Shown here in pieces: positions 24,577 to 36,084 of a stretch of 64,000 bases of DNA. Source of the stretch: Phoronis australis (taxonomy: Eukaryota; Animalia; Phoronida); assembly GCA_002633005.1 (NCBI GenBank), contig NMRA01000115.1, positions 827,965 through 891,964 of the forward strand, written 5' to 3'. The notes beneath the pieces are model-generated. The model worked only from the letters and a program-made list of their open reading frames with translations. It was not told the origin of the DNA and searched no databases. Both the position numbers and the translations under genes were made by a program. Position 1 is the first letter of the stretch. Each line of letters starts with the position of its first letter.

Positions 24577-26112
24577 GCATTGTTTGAAGGCAAAAATGTT
24601 CTCACCAGCACAGTTTCATCATAACAGTAGCTTCATTTATAGTATTTTACAGGGGTAGAATATCTCATGTTGGCTGCAAAAGTTATGGAAGCAACAGTGA
24701 GGAACGTTATCTGTGCAGTGCTTGGAATTTTCCTCTTTTCAAAGGATTTCCTTTTTTGGTTTCAATTTCCTCTTATTTTATTTCCATTTTCCTCTTTTTC
24801 ATTTTCACTTTATTCATGCAAACATAACATAAATTTTACAACACAAAAATATTTCTATCACACAAGCCTATTTGTTTAACGTTACATCACCTGGAAAATT
24901 TTTCCTTTTTTGTCATTGATCATTCCAAGCCCTTCTCAGATAAATGTTCTATTTGACAATATGGGACACAAATACTGCTTGCAAGAAGCTGGTAGTGTCG
25001 GGATTGAAAGAGTTTGTTTGTGGAGGCGATTTTCTACTGTTATGTGATGAGTTAGAGGTTACTGCAATACTATTCCTATCCACTCAGATGTTAAAACTGA
25101 GAAAGAATTGATAGTACATTACTTATTCTTTGAATTTTTAAGTTTTCCAATAAAAAATAGCACAAAAACGACTCCATTTTTACGTACAAAAATCCACTGT
25201 GAAAGGTCGAGAAGCGATTACGGTCTATCATTGTTGATTTTTGTACATCTGCTTTGTTCTTTTCTTCATGTTTATGGTTTTGATAAATGATATTTTACAC
25301 TATTGTGTAACAAAGTATTTTCCAGGTAAACATGACATAGTTTTATTATACTCACTGAATTAAATAACTCAAATTTTGACATGTGACAAAGAAAGACATC
25401 ATGTCAAGGATATTTAGAAAGTGTTAAAAATGAGGGTATTGGTAACGATTTACACGACACAAGTCCACTTGTGCGTAAAATCCTTACTAAAACTACTGCA
25501 GAAGGCGCAGTTGAGTATTGGTGATATAAACAAAGCTGCACAACTCGTCTCCCTAGGGTATACTGTAACCTGTACTGGATGTATGCCATGAAAGACAACA
25601 CAGTTGTATGGTGGATATCACACTACACATTTTACTGGTGGATATCACTGGTACATAGTCGAAAATAAAGCTATTGGTGTTGAATAGCAAGTCACAACAA
25701 TTCCACCCGAGTCCGGCAGCTCTTCCTTGTTTAAATTATCTCCCTTGTGTGGAGTTACCTCATGTCACCTTTGAGGCTTGGTACTCCTTTCATCACAGAG
25801 GTGGGATTGGCTGCTTTCTGTTAAGATGCGTCTAGGCTTCTTTGTGATCAGCCCTCTTTCCCAGTCTGGCACTACAATGGAGCCTTTGGTAAGGAGTTGG
25901 GTAACGCATGAACCTTATGTGTCGACAAAACTTGGGGTCCAGCACTGTCGCCACTACAATATCAACTCTCGGAGATGTTATTTGCACTTGAACACGTCTC
26001 CAGAATCCATCTTGTCACTTGATCGTCTAACTCGACACTAATGAAAAACCTTTGCCTCCCTTCCAGCATTATCACCTTAAATGGTTATGGCCCTCTTGGG
26101 AACATGTAACAA

Positions 26113-29100
26113 CTACAATATAGCCTTGCTAAGGTTTGTCATTCCAACTCCAACACAAGTCAACAAAACTTTATCACCTCCCTTTCTGCTCGACTCCTCA
26201 CTGCTGGTCTGTACAGTTTCTATTTTAAACATGGTCTGAAAGAAATCCTTGATGTGCCTCAGGAACTGGATTCTGGAAAAGAGGAGCATCAGTTGAAATG
26301 AGAAAGTACATGTTTTCATTAAACGAATCTGCCTGCAACAACAATGCCCCTGTCCTAGTTTCAAACGCTCACACTGACAGTTCTTGCTGGCTTTGTTCAG
26401 TAGCTGCAGGAGACAGACAAAAATGCCTATGGCCTAAACAAGACCATGGTCGCAACAAAGTCCACGCCCTGGTCGAAACTGCTTTGCTGTCAGTGGCGAA
26501 TTTAGAGGGGGGCCAAAGGGGCCATGGCCCCCCCTTAAATTCTCCCAGATTCCATTTGGCAATACGGGCGTGCGAATGTCTGTCGGGCAAAATCCTGGCT
26601 AATACTCTGCCATGGCCCCTAAATATCCTGATGATGTCTAATGAAAAGACGAAACGTTGAATTGAACATGAACTTTTTTATTTGTGCTGCGATCATCCGG
26701 TTTTTGATCTTATTGTGGCCAAAAACTGAATTAATTAATTTGAACTCAGTATGGTAACTTTAATTACATAAGAAATGCATCACTATTATTTTAAACTTTG
26801 TTGAAACAATTCTAGATCTTCCTCGGTATACCACAACTTACGTGTAGGGCGACAGAGACCCAGTCTGCACCTTTGACACATCTATTTGTCCCAAAACCAT
26901 GAGGAGTGCAGCTAAAGATTGACTGGTCGAGTCCACACATCCACCCTGGAACCATAAAATGGTGTCACATCTATAGGTGTTGCGCAACAGGCAAACAGAG
27001 GTGGTGCTATCGTGGATTCACTATCCATGTTGAAAATCAATTTAGCGAAGTAAATTACATTTGGGCATTAACCTGAGCAGCGAGTACCCGATTGGAAATT
27101 CTAAAAAAGCTGAGGTTATGGGCTTTGCCAAGCATTGGACATATAATCCGAAAATATTCATGGGTACGGTGTGTGTGCTTATGTGAGCATGGACGTTAAG
27201 CTGAATGTTTACGGAAATAAAACAGTTATAGCTACTTGCCATGCAAAAACTGTGTGATGGAACTAAACCTTGCAGCTTAATTGTGCAGTTTTTCTTACAG
27301 CACTTCCCAGTGAGGCCATTGGGGGCCTTTGCTAGGCTATCACAAATGAATGTAGGTACGAGGATTCCCAGGGCTTCTCCAGTTACTCATGATATACACA
27401 AGGAAAAGCTGGTTAGATTTTTAATACGTGCCTTGCTTGTTATGCAAGGCAACACCTTGGAAAGACTAGACACAACTATGGCCTCTTATTCATCTGACAC
27501 ATGTCCTTTAGGCTTTGAAAACATCCACATAATATAAGCAACAGATAGGCATACACACAGATAATCTAAAAAATTCCGTAGCAGAGTCCAAAGTCACAAA
27601 AACTGAGAAATTCACTACCTGACATCAGGTATTTCAAGCAATGCTGAAGTGAATTGAAGCATGTACTACTGATTAGTCAACCCAATAATTTAAACTCCGG
27701 GTTCTCCACAAGAGCACGAGCAATCCTGAGGTGACAAAAAGGGCTGGAAGTTGAAATATCATTGAGAAAAATATATCGGTGACTTGGAAATTATTTGCAA
27801 GAAAACATTGAGGCAAGTGGATACATGAGTGGAGAATCACTTATTTCTTATCTCCTGTAAGTGTCATAAACCAGCGAAATAAGTAAAGTTAAATATTCAT
27901 TGAAAAATTGGTAATTTCTATAGTCGCAAATCTTTGGATGTATGGCTGAGCCTTATGAAGCCATAATGGTAGGGCAATATGAAGACTTGAACGACCTCAA
28001 CCATCTTGCACAAAACAAGCCTTACGTATCGCAACACTGTTTTAACCTAATGCGTACAGAGTTTCTTTAACTTTCTAATGTGACATTACAGTCGTGCATG
28101 TACGAGTAATATTTCATTGACCAGGAAGGCACCATTCAATCGATATGCAAAGACCATTTTGTCATAATATTGCCAGGAACAAGCAGTCGAGGAAATGGAT
28201 TTATTAACTCAAAGATTACCAATATCCGTAGTAGTCTATTTCAACCCACCCTGTAGATCTCTTCCAGAAGTAACTTAGCAGTGTCCTTCCCCATGTCTTC
28301 TGGTACTGTGGGTCCCTTGTCGGAGCCTTTTGGATTGGAGCAACTTTCTGCGCACAGAAACGTGTCGTTGGTAGTCTCTGCCACCAGGGTTAGGCCAAAA
28401 CCAGGTGACCTAGGGATCATCACATTTACAAATGATGGGAATAATGGAAAGGAGCAATGAATTCTGTGTAATAAACTTGGAACACTTTAAAACTATTATC
28501 CAGAAGTAAGACTTAACAAAATACACCGTTATGTAGAATAAAGGTTAAAACCCAGCACACAGAAATGAAAATATTACATGAATCTTATACCACATCAGTT
28601 CCTCAGATTGATATTAACTTGTCTTGAGAACTTGCTTCTGCAACGGTTAAGTTAAGTTCTAATTTGGTCATCTGACACCTCGTATACAGTCCCGAAACAG
28701 GAAAGAAATCAAAATTTAGACACGAGACGTGATATTCTGGAAGAGATGGATTGGATGAAGTTGATGTTTTGTTCAAGGACAGAAAAGTTCGAGAAGGAAA
28801 TCAAATAGGCAGTCAGACAGTGATACTAAAAATTACATATCATAGCCCTCCACGTGCATGTGCTCTTTATGTACAAAGAACACTGGTGAAGCCACCTACC
28901 TTCCTGATTGACTGCCCTTCAGATGATCTGTGTAGATGTATATGTCTGGTAGAAATTTGGTGAGGACAGCACGGGCAGCCTCCACAATACGGTTCACAGT
29001 GGCTGGTGACACTCTGACAGCCCAGCTGTTTTAGGGTGAAGGACTAGGTATCAATTTCACGGAACAAATTTTGAGTATCATAACCCAATAAAATACTATA

Positions 29101-32100
29101 CCTTCAAACTCATTTGGTCACCAACTGTTGTAATAATCAGTATCTGACTTAAGAGATAAAGCAAAATTCAGTTCTTAGGAGTGTCACAAAGTGAGTATGA
29201 AGACTCATGGTGGGTGACATTTACCTGCTAACGACAATTAACAAACCAAGAGCTTTTTGAAAATTGCCTTTTTAGTAAACTGAACAAGTTTTCAAGGTGT
29301 TTCTAAACTTTCAAGGGTTGTTAAAAGATAAAGAATGTCACTGGATGACCATGATGACCTTGTTCCAACCAATGACAATTCATATGCTAAACAGGTTTAA
29401 AAGAATGCACAATCTCAATATATTGTACACCAGGTATTTCATTTCACAATCATTCATTTCATGTTAACCTTCATATTACCTTTAAGTCCCAGCCCAAGAG
29501 GTTTGAGCTCAAGTACATGTACATACAGAGTTGTTAGCCAAAGTACAGATGGAGAAAATTTACATAAAACTTGACAAAGGATACGCCACTCCTCGAATAC
29601 GCTTGATCTTGCCTGGGTCTGTCAGCTGGACTGGACGCAACTTCTGACGACATGGGCACCTGAACAGCACCTCCCCACCACCATCAGGGGCAGCACCGCG
29701 GCGAACAATCTGATAGTATAACAGAATGCATTTAATAATCAACAAATTCACCAATCTTGGAACAATTACAATTCAACGTAAATTGAGGTGACATTAACAT
29801 CGTGGTAGTGCTCTCCAAACTAAGGAAAATACCGAGCAAGGACTGGGTAAGTGGCGTACAAGCCGAGTGGGAATTCTATACACATTCCAGGCATGTTTTG
29901 GTCCAAGTTATCCTGTACCAACAGTCCGCAGCCAGTAACATCAACAGGAGAACCAGTTCAGAGTGGCAATGCCCTTGTACACCACCAGTGGAAATAAAAA
30001 GCAGCTTGCATCAATAAGTATGGAAACAGGCAGCTATCTACAAACTAAGATTTTCTGTCTAATGTGAGCCTTCACCATTGCTTCACCAGTCTCTGGTATT
30101 GCTTTGGCATTTTCTAAAATGAGATGGAAATTGTCGCGCTCTTGTCAGAATTTGGGTTTTGATAAAACACGGACACCTTGATACACCAATTTTCTAAAAT
30201 AGTTGAAATTTCTTCTCGCTGAAAAACAGTTAAATTTTTAATGCAAAATTTTGTCTACTTTCTAATGATTAAATGTGATTGTGCAAACAGCTTCTTTAGG
30301 TATCTACTATAAACCTGACAAAGTCTGACGAATTTTTCTGCAAATTCGTAAACGTTTTATTTGATAACAACTGTATAGTACCTCAACCAATATTGTTTTG
30401 ATTGGAATTCAACAAGAGTCCAACATAGCTGGTGTCACGACACCACGTTAAGTTCTTACTTTTAACTCGAGGCCTTCATCTGTACCAAGGAACCTCTTCA
30501 GCACAGGGAATGCTGAAGACTTTAACAGATCAACCTACAGATACAAAAACATCCGATTCAACATTAATCACTTCAACCATTGCAAAATTGTCCTGTAACA
30601 GTGTGTTCAGGTGTTTGAAGAGTGAAATTGAAGCACTTAAAACTAAGAGGGCTTACAAACCATTCACAGCATCAACATTTTCAAAAGACCACAAAATGTA
30701 CAGGTTTTCCATTAAAACCCAACTTACTTGTGACTGAACAAAAAAAACAAGCGAGGTATTGTTGAGCCAAAGGCAACATTTAAATATCGACGATGATCTA
30801 TACTTAGATTTTGGTAATTTTGAAAATGCATAGGGCAAATACTAAAATTTGGACTATTATATACCTAGATGCAGTCACTAACTGGAAAAAATGCTACTCA
30901 TTTTGCATCAACCTACCGAGGGGTCCAGCTGGTCATTAGTGACCCCTCTTAACACTGCCTTGACCGGTGCTTTACAGAAGGCGGCCAGACAAAGCAATCC
31001 TTCCAGGTAATAGCCGATACTTCGACCAACATCACAGTCATGCTCTATGGCACCTCCGGATAACATTCCTGGCTGATAGAAAAGTGATGTGCCTGCAACC
31101 ACAAGCAAACGCAGGGTCCTTTTATTTTGGTATGCAACGTAGTTAAAACTAGTCACTTTGAACACACTCATACATTTTTTAAAAAAGTCATGCAACATCA
31201 ACCAAATTAAGCCCTTTGAGAAATGAAACAACTAAAATATTTAATATTTTGACCACCAATAATAATTGATAAATCACTTTTGGAAGTATTAAAAAAGTTT
31301 TTCTCTGTCCTCAGGATTAAACATTAAAAGTTGTTCCATTGACTGGGATAACCAAAAATGTTCAAACAGATGTATTAAAAGTTATTGAAAAATAAATCAT
31401 GAATGCATGCATGAAAATCTAGCTCATGTGATAGTGAGGGCTCACCTGTCATTTTTTGTTATTTAATTTAGCTCACAGAAATGAAAAAATATAGACAAAG
31501 AAGTGGGAAACTTGGACAGCACAAGAGGTCAGAGAAATATTTTTGTACCTGTTTCATTAATGTCTATTCTACTTCCATTGGTTATCTGATCAATCAGGCG
31601 TATGAAACTGGATTCAAAATCTGAAATGTGAAAACACAAGTGAGTCAAGAAAACAGTGAAAACATGAACATAATCTTTGAGAATCCAAGAATTTGTACCT
31701 CTTGAAAGAAAGAATAACTGTCTACTGTCACATAAATTACTTTTCCACATGGGGATCATTCACAGAGATCGTTTTTCACCAAACAATTCAGAATATCTAT
31801 CTGCACATCTTAGTCCATATGCCTTCGTGCAATTGCACTTTATTCCGATATGCCTAGTTCACCCAAAAAGTGCAAACAGACTGATGGAACAAATTTTTAT
31901 TACCGAGGGCATTTGAAAAATGTTACCATGGTAGATGTTGATGTTAATCAAACATCTAACTTAATGAAAATTGCCTGGTCTAGTTCTTAACTACATAACA
32001 CTAGACAACTTGTTAAGTTCAGACGATTAAAGCTGTTTAATCGTGTACGACTGATTAACTCCAACAGCAGCCTTTACTCCCCAAGCCACCTACTAGGTTT

Positions 32101-33535
32101 TTGTTCGACAATTGCCATAAAATTGCAACAATTTTATGGGGGTGTACTATCGCCTGTGTATGGCTGCAGCATACAGGACGATGCCGTTCTGGAATATAAG
32201 TTGGATTCTAGACAATTAAATCACCCTGTATGAAACAGGCATACCGGGACGATAGTGCACCTCCTATAAAAAGTTACTCATCTCAAAATACAGCAACTAA
32301 CATCGAATGGAAATTGCATATATACACGAGTTATAATTAAAAAATAGCACGTGCGCACCCAGCTATCATATCCCCTGGCGTGCGCACCCAGCCATCATAT
32401 CCCCTGGCGTGCGCAGCGTAAAAATGGCCAGTTACGAGGCATTGCTCGAAGAAAAAGTTTAATAACGGGAGTATTTCTTCGAACTGGGACTGGCCACCTA
32501 AGGTTTTCCTCTATGCGCAGAAGGTATTTATAACAACGTGACTTTGATGTTTTATTCAGTGTGAGGCATAGAAGCTTCCGGCAAATGGAGCCCCTATAGC
32601 AGCTACACCGTCTCCATAGTTAGGTGGCCACTGTCTAGTACTACTAGCTAGCTATGACCACAGGCGTCCTCAGCTTCTGATCGTCCCCAATACACTCTAC
32701 AAATACTACAAGGTATGACACTCCGTACTACAAATTCCACCGGTGCTTCACTTCAGGCGTTCAAAGCAAACACAAAACTCTATAAATTTATATAAAATAG
32801 GGGTTCAACAAACCATGAGGAATTGTTTTTTCTGCCAATACCATTTACAGGGTCCTGTTCCACCGAGTTCGCAAAAAAATCGCGTTCAAGGCACAAAAAT
32901 CTTCCCAAAAAGTCGCTGCACACCAGCAATATGCTACACGAAAATTGCCGGTTTGTCACAGAAGGTCACGACATCAATAACTCTACTTAGCCAGACTATT
33001 TCGTAACCTTCCGTGGACGTGGTGAACCGGCAATTGCTGTCGATTCGTAACTCATCAGATTATCCCATACACTACTTGACCTTGACCGCGTGAGGCATAT
33101 TGCTAGTGTGCAGCGACTTTTTGAGATTTTTGTATTTGACCACGAATTTGTTGCGAACTCGGTGGAGCAGGACACGTAAATGACGGTAAATGGTAATTGG
33201 CAAAGAACCGGCTGAAGTGAAGCACCCGTGGAATTTCTAGTCCGGAGTGTCATTCCTTGTAGTATTTATATAGTGTATTGGAGACGACAGAAGCTGAGGA
33301 CGCCTGTGGCTGTGGCTGTGGCTACGACGTGTTGCCTTCTAGAGTAGTTGTGAACCGACCTAGTACTGTTACAAAGAACACCTGAGACAAGCGGTGTTAG
33401 GCATGTACCTCGAATTCCTGGATTGTCATCTTTCGCTCTTATTTTCCTGATTTTCACTGATTTACCACTGAGAGTGGCCAATATCAGCCTTTGTCGCAAG
33501 AAATTGGAACCTTCAAACTTCTGAATGTTTGCCAT
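26113..33535 (-). CDS. RCL1: RNA 3'-terminal phosphate cyclase-like protein (374 aa)
   Basis: Exons 33535-33409, 31620-31549, 31092-30917, 30534-30460, 29709-29585, 29025-28900, 28409-28250, 26945-26842, 26272-26113. Translation FEGSNFLRQRLILATLSGK..., SPGFGLTLVAETT..., VLLTCVGVGMTNLSK; phases consistent. Confidence 0.97.
26491..26628 (+). mobile_element. GC-rich hAT-like MITE fragment; related copy at 55848-56013
   Basis: Begins CAGTGGCGAATTTAGAGGGGG and shares GGGCAAAATCCTGGCTAATACTCTGCC with 55941-55967. Confidence 0.6.
29026..29584 (-). other. U12-type (minor spliceosome) GT-AG intron, RCL1 intron 5
   Basis: 5' splice site GTATCCTTT. Branch-like TCCTTCAC ends ~10 nt before the 3' splice site, with no polypyrimidine tract (..GTCCTTCACCCTAAAACAG). 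Phase 2. Confidence 0.9.
32132..32270. mobile_element. Short palindromic MITE-like element
   Basis: TTTTATGGGGGTGTACTATCG...CATACAGG versus reverse complement TTTTATAGGAGGTGCACTATCG...CATACAGG (~46-bp arms). Confidence 0.6.
32658..33309. repeat. Long imperfect inverted repeat (foldback element) in RCL1 intron 1
   Basis: 32658-32940 pairs with 33088-33309, e.g. CCACAGGCGTCCTCAGCTTCTG / CAGAAGCTGAGGACGCCTGTGG. There is a ~70-bp insertion in the left arm and a ~150-bp spacer. Confidence 0.9.
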
Positions 33536-34848
33536 GCTTTATTCATTTCCTGTTTGAAGCATGGCCTGTCATCTGGCGTCAAATGCAATGTACTAATTTT
33601 TAAATGTTGACTTAGTTGACAAGCTCACCGATGGATGTCACTAGTAAACTTAATGGCCGAAACATTAAGTGTGGCTTTGTCTTCTGCTACGTTATTTTTT
33701 ATCAATTCCCATTCCTGTAATTTGAACTGGACAAATCTAAACTAATATTCCCTTCTTGAAAGTGAACCATCAAGATTACCTAGAAGTAAGGAAAGACAAA
33801 TGTACGGAAGCGTGATTCATTCAGAATCAGACTATCAGAATTCAGAGTCATTGACGAAGTCCAACTTAAGTAAAACTAGCTGATGATGTCGACGAGATTT
33901 CATTGAGTTCGTGATCAGGTGAGTTGAGTGTCACTAATCGATTTTTGGGAACCATACAATCACTGAATAACGGGCCCGTGAATCGTGACTGAGTGGAAGA
34001 AACTAATTTTGACCGTCAGTCGAGATCACCTGTCGTCAGTGTCGTCACCATCACATTAATTGACATTGATTCAATCAGTGACACTGATTGAATCAGTCTC
34101 AGGTTGAGGCTCAGAACACTCATCGGATACATGGTCCCTGATTTGAGAACCAGTTAATCCAAGTAGTAATTGGCTCTCAAATGAATTTTAAGTCAGAGAT
34201 CCACCTATCCGACTCTAAGGCCCACCTATCGGCCTTATTAACAGTTGCACAAATCTTAGCCAATTACCTAGCTGAACGAGTCACTGAATGCCAAAACAGG
34301 CAAAACACAGGCTGTGTCACAGCTAGTCAACCATTTAGGTAGCAAATTGTCAGTTTAAGTGATTTTTTTGCTCTTTCAGTTCACCACAACTCTGTTTTAA
34401 TTGTCCTCACAACGAGGCTTACTAGTAATTACATCAAATCTAGTCAGGTGATCGCCTTTTTCTTGCATCACTTGCCTACTTTTGTATCTAAGAAGTAAGT
34501 GAGAAGTTGATTTCAAAACTGTATGTTCGAGATATGTGCACGCACCGTTTTGCTTGACTTTGGTTTGTTCAAGTGGTCGTCTATTGATAGATGATGACCA
34601 CTTTGCCTAAGTAAAATTTCAGTTGGCATTTTCGGTTTGCTGGCTGGTAATAATGTACATAAATCTACTAATGAAGTTAAGCCGCAATTAGTAATGTGTA
34701 GAGACCTGTATGCAATCTTGTGAAAAAGAACAATGGATTGAAAAGCTATGGAAATGGATCATATACTAGTGCATACAGCAGATCATATATACTGGGGAAC
34801 CCAATGTTCGTCCGCCTAAGCATAAAACCGACTTGCTGTTGTACTCAC

Positions 34849-35586
34849 CGAATTATTCCACTTCAAAGTTATGATCTGAACAGGATTCGATTTAACTCTC
34901 ACAGATATACCGCATTCATCGATTCGGAAGTTTTCTTTAATTTGTGCCGAGTTATTTCAAATGTGCACTGCCTTCGGCAGCCATTTTATTGTGTCACCTA
35001 AGTTCGTCATATGCTGCCCCCTTTTGTAAAAACTGAGAAACATGCAGAAAAAGGCCAACGAAGTAATGAAAATTGCAACAGCCTGTTTTTATTGACATAA
35101 ACTCGATTTGAAGTTTTGATGTTGAGCTCTGCACTGTGGTTTCCAATAAAAGCCAATTGGACAACATTTCAATGCAGTTTAATGGTGAACGTGAGGCAAA
35201 AATGTTAAGAACCCAGCGTATCGCATTTGTCTGCGGATTTTTCCTTTGGCCTTCTAGATCCTACTAGTGCCTGGGACAAACAGATACATTGCATAAACAA
35301 ACCCTGGATCATGTTTTGTGTCCCGTCGGAAGAAAATTTAAATTCGAAAACATCTTCTGAAAACGCACAAAAAAGTGTATTAGTAAAATCTACTGATTTT
35401 TAAGTGGTTTTAAAAAACAATCGGTAAACTCACCGATTTTTGTCTCATTACTTTGATACGTGTCTCTTCCGATAAGTTAGTACCTAACGTGCACACGAGC
35501 ACTCCAAATTGGAACGCTAAGTCCCGCGTGGTTGCGCTGCACGCGAAACAAGATGGCGGACGACCTTTGGAGCCTGACGACAATAG
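34849..35586. promoter_or_regulatory. Putative bidirectional promoter and first exons of RCL1 (-) and ERCC8 (+)
   Basis: Head-to-head genes. YY1-like AAAATGGCTGCC (-, 34976-34987) is followed by donor CG|GTGAGT at 34849; YY1-like AAGATGGCGG (+, 35550-35559) is followed by donor AG|GTAA at 35586. Confidence 0.6.
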
Positions 35587-36084
35587 GTAACCGGACGATA
35601 CTAGTGTATACAGCAGATCATATACTAGTGCATACAGCATATCACAGATGCTCGATATAATTCTGGAAATGGATATTTGTGAATTGATGTTTTCCAAATT
35701 TATGCTGTGTAATGGTTGCTCACTGAACGAGGTTTTTGTTGTAAATATACTAATTATGTAGGTCAACAAACTAAGAAGGAGGATTGCAAAAGTTCTACAG
35801 TGACTTTTCTTGATCTTAGAAAGTGTGAACTTTGTCTTTCATTTCAGTCAGATTAGTAAAAGACTTAGCAGCCAAAGCACACGTTTCAATTAGTTTGGAT
35901 AGAATATGTAAATGATAACTGCCAGTTAGAATTACTTGCGACTCAGTTCTCTGTTGTTTTTCCAAGTTTGGGTTTGTACAACTTGTATATCAAAATAGTT
36001 TCACATTTCAGATTTCTCTTCAAACGTAAAGCCATGGCTATATAACTATGTTGTTTGGGAGGTTCATCTTTAGCACAACAACAG

